64,000 bases of DNA from Nitrospirota bacterium (GCA_049325335.1 JBMOMC010000001.1:288001-352000), one strand, 5' to 3'; shown: positions 10,386 to 21,133, numbered from the stretch's first letter. Numbers and translations are program-made. Notes: generated by a model not told the origin, from the letters alone.

Positions 10386-11576
10386 TCATCGCCCGGCAAC
10401 GTACCGGCGGCCCCGCCACACCAGGCCCCCGCCGAGGCGCGCGCGCCAGGTGCTGTTGAGCGCAATGGCCGCGACCACCACCGCACCCAACGGGATGGCC
10501 AGCGCCCACGCCCGTCCAATTCCGAGCCTCCGGCACAGCGAGCCCCACGCAGCGACGAACGCCGCCGACACGCCGTACGTCGCCAGCGCGACCGCCGGAT
10601 GGGGTGGTGTCAGCATGACCCAGAACGGCAGCGCGATCGGAAGGATGAAGGTGGAGACGAGGTAGCCCCACAAGAGCCCCAACACCACCAGGGGCCGATC
10701 GTTCACGATGACCCGTTCCCTCCGTCCCACCCGAATCCGCACGGGCAGGTGCAAACCTGCATACAGGTTCTTGGACCATCCGCGCCACAGCTCTGCGAAC
10801 GAGTGGTACATCCGGATCGACAACAGGTCGCCCCCGTCCGCGAGCCAGAGCGCTCCTCCCGCGCGTTTGACCGAGTCGGCCAGCGCATAATCGTCCACGA
10901 TCCGGTCGCGAATGGTTTGGTGGCCGCCCGCCGCGTCGTACGCTGATCGACGCACCAGCAGGAACGCGCCGACTCCCATGCTCTGCGGATCAGCGGGGTC
11001 GTTTACCCGGGTGAAACTCACGCCGTAAAAGATCACCGCCGCCATCACGGGTTGCACCGCGCGTTCCCAAAAACTCCCCAGTTCCGTGGCCGGGATCAAC
11101 GTCACCAGGTCCACGCCGCGACGTTCAAGCTCCGCAACGGCCGAGACCAGCGCGGCGGGGGCGAACCGGACGTCCGCGTCCGCAAACAGCAGCAGCGGAT
11201 GGGTCGCGTGAGCCGCGCCATACGCTTGAGCGTGGGGTTTACCGCACCAGCCGTCGGGGAGCGTGGGCGCCGCCAACGCGCGCACCCTGGGGTCACCGGC
11301 CGCGTACCGTCGGGCGATCGCCGCGGTCTCATCCACGGAGTGATCGTCCACAATCAGGACCTCCAAAGTCACCCCCCGTTGCCGCTGCAACGATTCGATG
11401 GTCGCGCCCAGATCCCGCGCCTCGTTGCGCGCCGGAATGATGACCGACACGGCGTCGGAGCGGATCGCGGACGCGGTGGCCGCCAGGCGGACGTACCCCT
11501 CGAGACACCGGCGGTAGTGGCCGAGGAGGTGGAGTCCGTGCCCAACCAACAGAACGAACGCAAGGACGACGAGCAC
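10386..11576 (-). CDS. GT2 glycosyltransferase (HpnB/CrtQ-like, membrane-bound)
   Basis: [29 protein letters not shown] and C-terminal WRGR. Confidence 0.85.
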   Translation of the reverse strand: MLVVLAFVLLVGHGLHLLGHYRRCLEGYVRLAATASAIRSDAVSVIIPARNEARDLGATIESLQRQRGVTLEVLIVDDHSVDETAAIARRYAAGDPRVRALAAPTLPDGWCGKPHAQAYGAAHATHPLLLFADADVRFAPAALVSAVAELERRGVDLVTLIPATELGSFWERAVQPVMAAVIFYGVSFTRVNDPADPQSMGVGAFLLVRRSAYDAAGGHQTIRDRIVDDYALADSVKRAGGALWLADGGDLLSIRMYHSFAELWRGWSKNLYAGLHLPVRIRVGRRERVIVNDRPLVVLGLLWGYLVSTFILPIALPFWVMLTPPHPAVALATYGVSAAFVAAWGSLCRRLGIGRAWALAIPLGAVVVAAIALNSTWRARLGGGLVWRGRRYVAGR

Positions 11577-11588
11577 GGAGGGACGACG

Positions 11589-12656
11589 CTACGACGCGAG
11601 GCGCTTGCGGATGCGGTCGCGACCGTTCCGAGCGCTTCTGAGCCGCCGCAGCGCGTCGTAATGCTCGCGTTCGGCCTCGGAGGCGTCGGCGGGCGTCACG
11701 ACCTGCAGCTCCCAGTACAGGTCCCCCGCGCCGTTGCCCGCGGATTTCGGCAACCCTTTGCCTTTGAGCCGCAATTTTCGCCCGTTCTGAGAATTGGGCG
11801 GCACACGCAGCATCACCGACCCGGAGGGCGTGGGGACGGACACGTCCGCGCCCAACACGGCTTCGTCGTCCCACACCGGGAGCTGACCGAACAGATCGTA
11901 ACCGTCAGCGCGAAAGGTCGGGTGCGGCTGGAGTTTGACCCGCAAGTACAAGTCGCCAGCCCGCCCGCCGTGCGCGCCCCGTCCGCCTAAACCAGCCAAG
12001 CGGATCTTTGATCCATCTTTGAGACCTTTGGGAATCGTGACCTCGATGGTCTGGGCGCGCGCAACCTGCCCATGGCCGTGACACACGGGGCAGACCGTCG
12101 CGACAGTGCGGCGCCGGCCACCTCCGGTCGCGACCTGCGACACGCGACCAGCCCCGCCGCAGGAGGCGCACGTCTCGCCGACCGACAGCCTGACGCTGCG
12201 CTTACCGCCGGCCACCACGTCGTCGATCGTCAAGGGAAAGTCGGTCTCGGAATCCGCTCCCGGCTGCGCCGCCTCTCGCCCGAATCCCTCGCCCCCGAAC
12301 GGTTGGCCGCCGAAGAACGCGCGAAAGAAGTCGCTGAACCCTTCCGCTCCGGCGGCTTCGGCGCCAAATCCCTCGAACCCCTGGAAATCGGTCGCCCCCT
12401 GTTTTCGTGCATACTCCTGCTCCCGCAGGATCTGCTCCCAATTCGAGCCCAGCTCGTCATATTTCTTGCGCTTGCCCGCGTCGCCCAACACCTCATGGGC
12501 TTCGTTGATCTCTTTGAAACGGTCTTCGGCCTTCTTGTCCCCGGGATTGACATCCGGATGGTATTTGCGAGCGAGCTTTCGGTACGCGGACTTGATGGCG
12601 TCCGCCGAAGCACTGCGGTCAACACCCAACACGCGGTAATAGTCTTTGAAATCCAT
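11589..12656 (-). CDS. DnaJ-family co-chaperone (CbpA-like) with two CxxCxGxG motifs
   Basis: J domain with HPD, G/F region, CASCGGAG and CPVCHGHG, C-terminal 'GDLY' domains. Confidence 0.92.
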   Translation of the reverse strand: MDFKDYYRVLGVDRSASADAIKSAYRKLARKYHPDVNPGDKKAEDRFKEINEAHEVLGDAGKRKKYDELGSNWEQILREQEYARKQGATDFQGFEGFGAEAAGAEGFSDFFRAFFGGQPFGGEGFGREAAQPGADSETDFPLTIDDVVAGGKRSVRLSVGETCASCGGAGRVSQVATGGGRRRTVATVCPVCHGHGQVARAQTIEVTIPKGLKDGSKIRLAGLGGRGAHGGRAGDLYLRVKLQPHPTFRADGYDLFGQLPVWDDEAVLGADVSVPTPSGSVMLRVPPNSQNGRKLRLKGKGLPKSAGNGAGDLYWELQVVTPADASEAEREHYDALRRLRSARNGRDRIRKRLAS

Positions 12657-12770
12657 CGGCAAACAGTCGCGGTAGCCGGATCATACCACACTCGGCTGTT
12701 CGGAAAATGCGCGACGAACCGCGAGAAAAGGCTTTCCGACGCCGCAAATCATGCCGTATAATTTGGTGAT

Positions 12771-13022
12771 ATGAGCGGTTCCACCCCGACCCATTGCGAA
12801 GAACGCGACGTACTGCATATGGACTACCGCTCCGGCCTGGTGCGCGCCATCGGCCGCGTGGTGGAACGCCGACGTCGCGAACGCGGCCGCAACTACCTGG
12901 ACCTGCTCAGAAAGGCGCGGTTGCGGTACGGCCGCCCCCCGCACGATATCGGCGCGATCTTCCTGGGCCCGGTGAGCGCACGGCTTCGCACGCCCCCGCC
13001 GCCGCGGTTTCGACTCGTGTAG
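12771..13022 (+). CDS. Small basic hypothetical protein
   Basis: TATAAT lies 8 nt before the ATG (leaderless pattern); fills the gap between dnaJ and the activator gene; alternative ATG at 12819. Confidence 0.55.
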   Translation: MSGSTPTHCEERDVLHMDYRSGLVRAIGRVVERRRRERGRNYLDLLRKARLRYGRPPHDIGAIFLGPVSARLRTPPPPRFRLV

Positions 13023-13069
13023 GGCGCATTGCCCGATCACCCGTGTCCGACTTATACTCCGTCGGACGT

Positions 13070-14530
13070 ATGACCTCCGACTCGACACACCCCATCAGGC
13101 GCCCCCTCAGCGGGCTGCTCCCCCTCGAACCGGATCTGGTGGTCACGCGTCGGCCCGGAGAGTCGCCCACGATCGCCCAGGCCGCGCCGTGGGTGGCGGC
13201 TCGTCTGGGGCGGGAAGCGCGCGATCTCGTCGGGCAATCTCTTGCATCGGTAGAGCACGGCCTGCCCGGGCTCTCGTCCGTGGTGGATGCCGTGTTCAGC
13301 CACGGCGGTCCCGCGGTTTCGGGACGGACCACCGGACTTCAAGCACCTGACGCACCGGCATTGGTGGGCGCGTTGATGGAGTCTCCGGATGGAGACGGAC
13401 GCACGGCCGTTTCCATCCAGGTGTTGACGCGAGACGGAGACGCGGGGCTTCGCGCCGCGCACGCGTTTAACGGCCTGATCGGACACGGATCCGCGATGCG
13501 GGACGTGTTCGCCCGCATCGAACGCTACGCCGCGTCGCCGGCCCCTGTCTTGCTCACCGGGGAAAGCGGGACGGGCAAGGAATTGGTCGCCCGCGCCCTC
13601 CATGAAGGCGGCCCTCGCCGACGCGGCCCGTTCGTGCCGGTCAATTGCGCCGCGTTGTCTCACGAGTTGATCGAATCGGAGTTATTCGGCCACGAAAAAG
13701 GCTCGTTCACCGGAGCGGTTTCGGCTCACCGCGGACGGTTCGAACGCGCGCACGGCGGCACACTCTTTCTCGACGAAATCGGCGACATGCCGCGCAAGAG
13801 CCAAACCAAACTGCTCCGCGTGTTGGAAGACGGCGCGGTCGAACGCGTGGGCGCTGAACGCGCCACCCCGGTCGACGTCCGGGTGGTGGTGGCCACCAAT
13901 GTCCCGCTGGAACGCCACGTCACGGAGCGCCGATTCCGCGAAGATCTTTACTTTCGTCTGTCCGTGTTGCGTTTGCACTTGCCGCCGGTGAGGGAACGGC
14001 CGGAAGACCTCCCGCTCCTGATCGCCTACTTTCTGTCGGTGTTCGCCAACCAATACGGCAGACCGCTCCTGCGCCTGACGCCCGGCGCGCTGCACACCCT
14101 CATCTCCTATTCGTGGCCCGGCAACGTGCGGGAGATCAAGAATGTGGTGGAACGGGTGGTGGTGGAAACGGCCGGAGACGCGATCGGGGAACGCGCGTTG
14201 GCCGATTGGATTCGTGAACGCGAGCGCCTGGCGCCCGGCGCGTGGGACGTAGAGGCAGGACGCCGTACCCGACTCGCCTCGACCCCGCTGGTGACCCCGT
14301 ATCGTCCGCCGCTTCTGCCCGCGCCGACGGGGCCCACGATCACCGCGCGATTCACCGACGTGTCCGAGACCACCCCCGCGTTGACCCAGGACACGGCGCT
14401 CGATGCCCTGAGAGCGTCCCGCGGCAACGTGACCCGAGCGGCCCAACGCCTCGGCGTTCATAAGGCCACGCTCTACCGTCGTCTTCGCGCGTGGGGATTG
14501 GGCCGGAAAGACTTCTCCTCCCCAACCTGA
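13070..14530 (+). CDS. Sigma-54-dependent enhancer-binding protein (AAA+, Fis-type HTH)
   Basis: [37 protein letters not shown] and '[21 protein letters not shown]'. Confidence 0.93.
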   Translation: MTSDSTHPIRRPLSGLLPLEPDLVVTRRPGESPTIAQAAPWVAARLGREARDLVGQSLASVEHGLPGLSSVVDAVFSHGGPAVSGRTTGLQAPDAPALVGALMESPDGDGRTAVSIQVLTRDGDAGLRAAHAFNGLIGHGSAMRDVFARIERYAASPAPVLLTGESGTGKELVARALHEGGPRRRGPFVPVNCAALSHELIESELFGHEKGSFTGAVSAHRGRFERAHGGTLFLDEIGDMPRKSQTKLLRVLEDGAVERVGAERATPVDVRVVVATNVPLERHVTERRFREDLYFRLSVLRLHLPPVRERPEDLPLLIAYFLSVFANQYGRPLLRLTPGALHTLISYSWPGNVREIKNVVERVVVETAGDAIGERALADWIRERERLAPGAWDVEAGRRTRLASTPLVTPYRPPLLPAPTGPTITARFTDVSETTPALTQDTALDALRASRGNVTRAAQRLGVHKATLYRRLRAWGLGRKDFSSPT

Positions 14531-14625
14531 CGCGGGTATCGTCCCCGCGACGTTGCGCGACGTCGCAATCGTGATCGCTCACCGGATTTCAGGCCGTCAT
14601 TCGCGTTCAGAAGGCCGCTTCGCCC

Positions 14626-14641
14626 CGGCCCATGTTTTGCT
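14626..14641 (+). promoter_or_regulatory. Sigma-54 (-24/-12) promoter for the hsp20 pair
   Basis: CGGCCCATGTTTTGCT has GG-N10-GC with TTGCT, directly downstream of a sigma-54 activator gene. Confidence 0.65.
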
Positions 14642-14702
14642 TATCACAAATAACGAATCTGGGCTGCGTCACATACCGATCAACCGGGAAAGGAGCACAC
14701 AC

Positions 14703-15158
14703 ATGTTGGACGTCTTTCGTGAAATGGAAACGTTGCGACGGGAAATGGATCGCCTGTTTGCCGGCGCGACCGCCGTGCCGCGTCGGGCCGCGTTTCTTCC
14801 GGGACGAGCCGCGGGGCAGTATCCCCTCATCAATACCCGCCAGGACCACGACAATTTGTACGTGGAGGCGTTGATGCCGGGAGTTGACCCTAAAACACTG
14901 GACGTTGCGGTGGTCCGCAACACCCTAACCATCTCGGGGGAAAAACCGCGCCGACCAGCAGGCACGCCGGACGTCACGGAAGAGGCCTATCACCGCAGCG
15001 AACGCGCGGCGGGCAGATTCAGCCGGTCCCTCGGACTGCCGGTCGAGGTGGACGACCAACGCGTGGGGGCGCGGTACGAACACGGCGTGCTCCATATCAC
15101 GTTGCCGAAATCCGAATCCGCCAAGCCGCGTCGCATCACCGTCGCGGTGGCGGCATAA
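14703..15158 (+). CDS. Small heat-shock protein (Hsp20)
   Basis: AAGGAG RBS, 'MPGVDP...LTISGEK', 'ERAAGRFSRSLGLP...YEHGVLHITLPK' and IxV tail. Confidence 0.93.
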   Translation: MLDVFREMETLRREMDRLFAGATAVPRRAAFLPGRAAGQYPLINTRQDHDNLYVEALMPGVDPKTLDVAVVRNTLTISGEKPRRPAGTPDVTEEAYHRSERAAGRFSRSLGLPVEVDDQRVGARYEHGVLHITLPKSESAKPRRITVAVAA

Positions 15159-15200
15159 CTAAACCGGATCTCATCACGTCAGCAAGAAAGGAGACTGCCC

Positions 15201-15599
15201 ATGGCGGAACATACGGTTCCGGTCACAACCGAGACTAAGGGGATCACCACACAGGAAGAACTGCGGGCGCCGGAGCGGCACCTCACTCCAGCAGTGGACA
15301 TCTTCGAGACCTCCAACGGGCTCGTGGTGGTCGCGGACCTTCCGGGGGTTCACCAGGACGGACTGGACCTTCGCGTAGACGACGACGTCTTGACCATTCA
15401 AGGGCGCCCGCGCGTGGACTCATCCGGCGAGGACCAGTATCACGAATACACGCTCCATCCGTTCTTCCGTCAGTTCGAACTGACGGAGGCGGTGGACCAA
15501 GGCAACATCGCGGCCCATCTTCAGCACGGCGTGTTGACCCTCACGTTGCCCAAGACGGAAAAGGCCAAACCGCGACGGATTCCGGTACAGTTCGGTTGA
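15201..15599 (+). CDS. Small heat-shock protein (Hsp20), second paralogue
   Basis: 'PAVDIFE...ADLPGV', 'HGVLTLTLPK' and 'RRIPV'. Confidence 0.93.
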   Translation: MAEHTVPVTTETKGITTQEELRAPERHLTPAVDIFETSNGLVVVADLPGVHQDGLDLRVDDDVLTIQGRPRVDSSGEDQYHEYTLHPFFRQFELTEAVDQGNIAAHLQHGVLTLTLPKTEKAKPRRIPVQFG

Positions 15600-15604
15600 C
15601 CGCT

Positions 15605-15645
15605 GCCGGCCCGGCGACCGATGTCGCCGGGCCGGCTTTGAGTTT
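15605..15645 (+). terminator. Intrinsic terminator after the hsp20 pair
   Basis: Perfect 14-bp stem GCCGGCCCGGCGAC/GTCGCCGGGCCGGC, 4-nt loop, then TTTGAGTTT. Confidence 0.75.
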
Positions 15646-15705
15646 CTCCCCGACTTTCTGGTACAGTGTGCGCGGCGCTATCCCTTAAACGCATAGCGCC
15701 CGCGT

Positions 15706-16665
15706 ATGGCCGATACCTTCTACATCCCGATCATCGCGCTCCGCCACCAATGGGCCAAGGAGTTTCAACTCGGCCAAGGGTTCGAACTGGTCCGATTTCC
15801 CTCTGCGGTGGCCGACGGGTATCGAGAGTTCGACCACGGGTTATTTCGAAAGCGCCACGGCGAGACCCTCCTGCGCGAGATTCAGAACTGTTATTGCCTG
15901 AAAATCTCCTGGCCGATCGAGCCGTTCAAAACGACGCGGGAAATGGTGTACCACCTCGAAGATCCGGCCATTACGTTGTTGATCGTGCTCCGGATCATCA
16001 AGCCCACCAGCGCCGGGCTGCGGACAATGTTTCACGTCCCGGCCACGCTGGAACTCGGGATGCCCTTCGACTTCGTGGACTATCGGATGCAGGGCTTCGC
16101 CATGCGACGGGCGGACGATGTCCCGGTGTTTACCGACGAGGACGTCCCCACCATCGTCTACTACTACGCCAAACTCCTCGAGCTGCTCAAGCGCGAATAC
16201 CACCACCGCCGCATCTTCAACGCGCTGCGGTTTTTCGACCTAGGGTTTCGAAGCGAAAACCTGGACTCTCGTCTGATTTATTTCTCCATCGCGTTGGAGG
16301 TACTGTTCAAGCCGCTGCGCGGGAGGATCAGCCGAGGCATGACGGACCGAATCGTGGACTTTCTCGGGACGACCCCGGCGGAACGCGACGCGATTACCCG
16401 CACCGTGCTCGCGTTTATCGACCTGAAAGCGCGTATTACACACGGCGACATGACGTATTTCGACATTACGCGGCCTGAAAACGTCGCGCTGGTCCGGGAG
16501 CAGGAAGACCTGCTCCGCACCGTACTCCAAAAAATTCTCCAAAAGGACAAACTTATTCAAATCTTCTCTCAAGTCCGAGAACGCGACGCGTATTTCGACC
16601 AACGACTGGGGCCGTCTCCTCCAGCGGTGCGGCGCCCGGCCGCGGGGGGGAGCGCCCCGGCCTAA
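15706..16665 (+). CDS. ApeA-like HEPN-domain protein
   Basis: C-terminal 'RLIYFSIALEVLF' helix and 'DLKARITHGD' at the position of the HEPN Rx4H motif. Confidence 0.6.
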   Translation: MADTFYIPIIALRHQWAKEFQLGQGFELVRFPSAVADGYREFDHGLFRKRHGETLLREIQNCYCLKISWPIEPFKTTREMVYHLEDPAITLLIVLRIIKPTSAGLRTMFHVPATLELGMPFDFVDYRMQGFAMRRADDVPVFTDEDVPTIVYYYAKLLELLKREYHHRRIFNALRFFDLGFRSENLDSRLIYFSIALEVLFKPLRGRISRGMTDRIVDFLGTTPAERDAITRTVLAFIDLKARITHGDMTYFDITRPENVALVREQEDLLRTVLQKILQKDKLIQIFSQVRERDAYFDQRLGPSPPAVRRPAAGGSAPA

Positions 16666-18500
16666 CCGCGACGCGTCGGAGCGTCTTGCAGGGCGCGCAG
16701 GACCAGCCGCGCCAACACATCGGTCATCCCCGGCACCGACCGAACGTCTTCTTCCGAGGCTTCGGCCAGCCGTTCCACGCTGCCGAAACGCGCCAGCAGC
16801 GCCCGCTTCCGGGCGGGCCCGATCCCGACCACCGTGTCCAACCGCGACTGCGCGAGACGGCGGTGACGCACCGCGCGGTGATAGGTAATCGCGAAACGGT
16901 GGGCTTCGTCACGAATGCGCTGTAACAGCCGCGTGGACGCCGCGGTCGGGTCCAGCGCCAGCGCGTCGGACGCGCCGGGCAGGAACACCCGCTCGCCCTT
17001 TTCCCCGCGCTCCTTGGCCAGGCCGATCACGGCAAGGCCGTCGTTGCCCACGGGAACACCGAGCGCGCGGAGCGCGTCGAGCGCAGCGGACAGTTGTCCC
17101 CGCCCGCCGTCGATCACCACCACGTCCGGCCACGGCCCGTTCCGTTCTTGCGCGCGGGCATACTGTCGAGTGACCACTTCGTAGAGCATCCCGAAATCAT
17201 TCGCGCCCGCAACGGTCTTGACCGCGAACTTCCGGTAGTCGGCCTTCTTCATCCGGCCGTCCTCCCACACCACCATTGAGCCGACCGCTTGGTCGCCCTG
17301 AAAGTTGGAGATGTCGAACGCCTCGATGCGTCGAGGCGTCGCCGAGAGGGACAACACGCCTTGCAGTTCGCGCGCCTCCGCCTCTCCGGCGCGCTCGCGC
17401 CGTCGGTGGTCCGCCATGGCCGCCTCGGCGTTCTCTCGGGCCAGATCGAGCAGTCGCGCGTCCGGACCGCGGGACGGTGCGGTGAGCTTGACGCGATTGC
17501 CGCGTCGTTCGGACAGCCACGCGGCCAACACGGCCGCGTCGGACACCTCGACGGGCAGAAGGATCTCCGGGGGCACCAGGATCTCCCGATCGTAGAGTTG
17601 TTGCAGCACCGCGGTCACCAGCGCGGCATCATCGGGCTCGGCTCGCGGCCAATAAAAATCCTTCCGCCCGATGAGCATTCCCCCGCGCACAAACAGCACC
17701 TGGACGTCCGCGGACTCGCCGTCACGCGCGAGCGCCACCACGTCGTGGTCCTCCTGACGCGTGGAGGTGATGCGTTGGCGCTCAAGCACCTTGCGAATCC
17801 GGCCGATCTGATCCCGGATCCGCGCGGCCTCTTCAAAACGAAGCGCCTCCGCGGCGGCGGCCATCCGCGATTCCAATGCGCCCATCAATTCGTGGTCGCG
17901 GCCTTCCAGGAACAGCCGGACCTGGCCGATCATCTCTCGATAATCCGACCGGGTCTGTCGGCCGGTGCACGGCGCCAGACACCGGCCGATTTCGTATTCG
18001 ATGCACGCGCGGTCCGCGGTTCCGTCGATCGTGATCGAACAATTGGGCAACGGAAACGCGTACCGCAAAACCCGCAGCGTTTCGCGCAGCGCGTTGGTCG
18101 GGACGTACGGACCGAAATACAGGGCCCCGTCGCGCGCCACCCGCCGAACGATCTCCGGGCGGGGATACGCCTCCTGCATGGCCAGACGGATGAACGGATA
18201 CTGTTTGTCGTCCCGCAGAACCACGTTGTACTTGGGACGGTGTTTTTTGATCAGGTTGTTTTCAAGAATGAGGGCTTCCAGCTCGGAGCCGGTGATGAGA
18301 TACTCGATATCCTGCACGTGCGCGACCAATGCGGCGGTTTTCGGGGCCAGGCGCCCGGCGGGCTGGCCATACGAGCGCACGCGGTCCCGGAGGGATTTGG
18401 CCTTGCCCACGTACAAGATCCGTCCCCCGGCGCCGCGCATCACGTACACGCCGGGCCCGGAGGGCGCCTCGGCCGCCCGTTTCAACGCATCGACCGCCAT
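16662..18500 (-). CDS. uvrC: Excinuclease ABC subunit C
   Basis: GIY-YIG 'PGVY...YVGKAKSLR', FEEAARIRD, RIEAFDIS, IDGGRGQL, RDEAHRFA and HhH. Confidence 0.97.
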   Translation of the reverse strand: MAVDALKRAAEAPSGPGVYVMRGAGGRILYVGKAKSLRDRVRSYGQPAGRLAPKTAALVAHVQDIEYLITGSELEALILENNLIKKHRPKYNVVLRDDKQYPFIRLAMQEAYPRPEIVRRVARDGALYFGPYVPTNALRETLRVLRYAFPLPNCSITIDGTADRACIEYEIGRCLAPCTGRQTRSDYREMIGQVRLFLEGRDHELMGALESRMAAAAEALRFEEAARIRDQIGRIRKVLERQRITSTRQEDHDVVALARDGESADVQVLFVRGGMLIGRKDFYWPRAEPDDAALVTAVLQQLYDREILVPPEILLPVEVSDAAVLAAWLSERRGNRVKLTAPSRGPDARLLDLARENAEAAMADHRRRERAGEAEARELQGVLSLSATPRRIEAFDISNFQGDQAVGSMVVWEDGRMKKADYRKFAVKTVAGANDFGMLYEVVTRQYARAQERNGPWPDVVVIDGGRGQLSAALDALRALGVPVGNDGLAVIGLAKERGEKGERVFLPGASDALALDPTAASTRLLQRIRDEAHRFAITYHRAVRHRRLAQSRLDTVVGIGPARKRALLARFGSVERLAEASEEDVRSVPGMTDVLARLVLRALQDAPTRRG

Positions 18501-18557
18501 GGACCCGATTCTACGTCCGGGCGCGGCCTCGATCAATCGCCCCGGACCCCGGCGGCG

Positions 18558-20051
18558 TCACTGACGCGTCGGAGCGTCCGCCGACACGGGCCCCGCGGTG
18601 TCCTCGAAGAGCCGGGTGATCTCGGGTTGGTCGCGCTTGCGGACGAGCACGAACACGTGGTCCGCGACCTCCAGGCACGTGTGCCCACGGGGCGCCAGGA
18701 CCTGACCGGCGCGAACCACCATGGCGATGAACGTCTCGGGGGGGAACGAGAGATCCTTGATCAACCGACCCACGGCCGGACTCCGTTGATCGAGGTAATA
18801 GTCCACGATACGACGGTCGGTCTGCTCGATCGAGGTGATATGGAGGCGATGACGCGGTTCAGGACGACGATGGCTGTGCAGCCCCAACGCCCGGGCCGCC
18901 CACGAAATGGTGGTGCCCTGCAGGAGCACCGAGGTCACCACCACGAAGAAAATCAGATCGAAAAACGCCGGGCCGTTAGGAAGACCGGCCAACACCGGAA
19001 ACGTGGCCAGAATGATCGGCACCGCGCCGCGCAACCCCACCCACGAGATCAACAGCCGCTCACGGACCGTGAAGCGGGTCACCACCAACGAGAGGAACAC
19101 GGCGGCCGGACGGGCCACCAGGATCAGAAACGCGGAGAGCATCAATCCCTGGTCCGCGACCGCCCAAAGTCGGCTGGGAAACGAGAGCAGCCCGAGCGCG
19201 ACGAACATGACGATTTGCATGAGCCACGCCAAGCCGTCATGAAAGTCGAGGATCAACCGCTGGGACACGGTGACCCGCTGACCAATGGTCAGGCCCGCCA
19301 GATACACCGCCATAAACCCGCTCCCGCCCACCGCGTTGGTAAAGCTGAACGTCCCCAGCCCGATCGCCAAGGTCATGACCGGATAGAGGCCCGAGGATTC
19401 CAAACGAATTCGGTTGATCGCCCAGGCTCCGGCCATGCCGAAGGTGAGTCCGATGACCGTCCCCGAAACCGCCTGATACCCGAGTTCCGCCAGAATGTCG
19501 GCCAGCGACAGGCCTCGCCCGGTCGTCAACACCTCCGTCACGGCGATGGTCATGAACACCGCCATCGGGTCGTTCATGCCGGACTCCACCTCCAACGCGG
19601 ACTCCACGGGCCGCGGCAGCTTCGTGTTCTGGCTACGGAGAACCAGGAACACGGCGGCAACGTCCGTGGACCCCACGATACTTCCCAGCAGGATCCCTTC
19701 GAGCAGGGACCACCCCATCCACCATGCGGCGAACGCGCCGAGCGCCACCGCGGTGAACAACACTCCCAACGTGGCGAGGCTCGTCGCAGGACGGACCCCG
19801 AGACTGAACGCGCGCGGCCCGGTATCCAACCCACCGGCAAAGAGGATCAACGCGAGTGCCACCAACCCCACGTCCTGGGTGAGTTGATAATTTTCGAACG
19901 CAATACCTCCCAACCCCTCGGAACCGGCTACCATCCCGACCACCATAAAAAACAACAGGGCGGGGACGTTGAGACGGCGGGACAGTTTGGTCAGGACGAC
20001 CCCCAGCAACAGCAGCCACGGGCCGATCGTGAGCACGGCGTGAATCGTCAT
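18558..20051 (-). CDS. cvrA: K+/H+ antiporter (CPA1, NhaP2/CvrA) with TrkA-C domain
   Basis: STDVAAVF, ESGMNDP, WVGLRGAVPIILA and many TM helices. Confidence 0.9.
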   Translation of the reverse strand: MTIHAVLTIGPWLLLLGVVLTKLSRRLNVPALLFFMVVGMVAGSEGLGGIAFENYQLTQDVGLVALALILFAGGLDTGPRAFSLGVRPATSLATLGVLFTAVALGAFAAWWMGWSLLEGILLGSIVGSTDVAAVFLVLRSQNTKLPRPVESALEVESGMNDPMAVFMTIAVTEVLTTGRGLSLADILAELGYQAVSGTVIGLTFGMAGAWAINRIRLESSGLYPVMTLAIGLGTFSFTNAVGGSGFMAVYLAGLTIGQRVTVSQRLILDFHDGLAWLMQIVMFVALGLLSFPSRLWAVADQGLMLSAFLILVARPAAVFLSLVVTRFTVRERLLISWVGLRGAVPIILATFPVLAGLPNGPAFFDLIFFVVVTSVLLQGTTISWAARALGLHSHRRPEPRHRLHITSIEQTDRRIVDYYLDQRSPAVGRLIKDLSFPPETFIAMVVRAGQVLAPRGHTCLEVADHVFVLVRKRDQPEITRLFEDTAGPVSADAPTRQ

Positions 20052-20155
20052 GATCGCAAGCGCGACACGCAGGCACTGTATCAGAGCGGGTAAAGACCCC
20101 GCAAGAATCACGACGTTTTGACGCGTCCGTCTCCTCGATGGTATAGTCCGCGACC

Positions 20156-20614
20156 GTGCCGTCCTACCTCGTCATGTGGGCGCATCTCGTGGCGCTCGTG
20201 GTCTTTATCGGCAGTCACGTGTTCCTGGGACTGGTGGTCCGCCCGCTCGCCGCCGGAACCCCGGAGCACGCGGACCTGCTCCGCCGCATCGGCCGTCGCG
20301 CCAAAACGTTCGCGTGGAGCGGCCTGGTGCTACTGCTCATCACCGGATTCTTCAACCTGTTGAACGAAGGCGGCTCCGCGCGCATCGAATCCGCGTGGGG
20401 CGGCGTGTTGATGCTCAAGCTGCTGTTGGTGTTCGCGCTGATCGGTTTATCCGTGGTCCACGACTTTATTCTCGACCCGTACGGACCGGGCGCGGAGCGC
20501 GGGCCGGCCGCCCGCGTGGCCGCGCGCGCGCGAACTGCGGCACGCGTGCAATCGGGTATTATTGTACTTTCGGTCGTGGTGTTATTGGTCGCCGCGTATT
20601 TGGCGAAAACGTAA
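20156..20614 (+). CDS. CopD/DUF4149-like 4-TM membrane protein
   Basis: 'HLVALVVFIG', 'LLITG' and 'KLLLV...HDF'. Confidence 0.6.
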   Translation: MPSYLVMWAHLVALVVFIGSHVFLGLVVRPLAAGTPEHADLLRRIGRRAKTFAWSGLVLLLITGFFNLLNEGGSARIESAWGGVLMLKLLLVFALIGLSVVHDFILDPYGPGAERGPAARVAARARTAARVQSGIIVLSVVVLLVAAYLAKT

Positions 20615-20647
20615 TGTTCGGGATTTCCTACGGACTGGAGCCACGCG

Positions 20648-21133
20648 ATGTCGCGCGTCACTACACGGCAAGCCTCGGTCGCTTTGATGGAACGGCTCGA
20701 AACCTACGGGTACGTCTCCGTGGGCGTGAGCTTCCTGGTGCTCGGCATGGCGGTTTTCGCGTACGGATGGTACGACTTCATCCAGTCCGTGCAGAACCAC
20801 GTGCCCCGAGCGGTGCTGGTGCTGCTCAACGACCTGTTGTTGGTGGTCATCTTGCTCGAGCTATTTCACACCATCGTCAATTTTCTCAGTACACGCGAAA
20901 TCAGCCTTGAACCGTTTCTACATGTCGGGATCATCGCCGCGGTACGAAAGATCTTAACCGTGGGCGCCGAGATGGTGATCGTGGAACCCATCGACCACGA
21001 CCGATTCAACCAGTACCTGCTGGACATCGGCGTTCACGGGCTGGTGGTCTTGGCGCTGGTGATCGGACTGCACTTTTACCGCGCCGGCCGGAGATCCGGC
21101 GCACCCGCTGTGTCGCCCTCACCCGCGCCGTGA
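20648..21133 (+). CDS. PsiE-family membrane protein
   Basis: 'LLLVVILLELFHT' and 'EPFLHVGIIAAVRKIL'. Confidence 0.8.
   Translation: MSRVTTRQASVALMERLETYGYVSVGVSFLVLGMAVFAYGWYDFIQSVQNHVPRAVLVLLNDLLLVVILLELFHTIVNFLSTREISLEPFLHVGIIAAVRKILTVGAEMVIVEPIDHDRFNQYLLDIGVHGLVVLALVIGLHFYRAGRRSGAPAVSPSPAP

Noticed and set aside
17289..20093. 934-aa plus-strand ORF
   Set aside because: Antisense shadow of uvrC and cvrA in GC-rich DNA; no protein motifs
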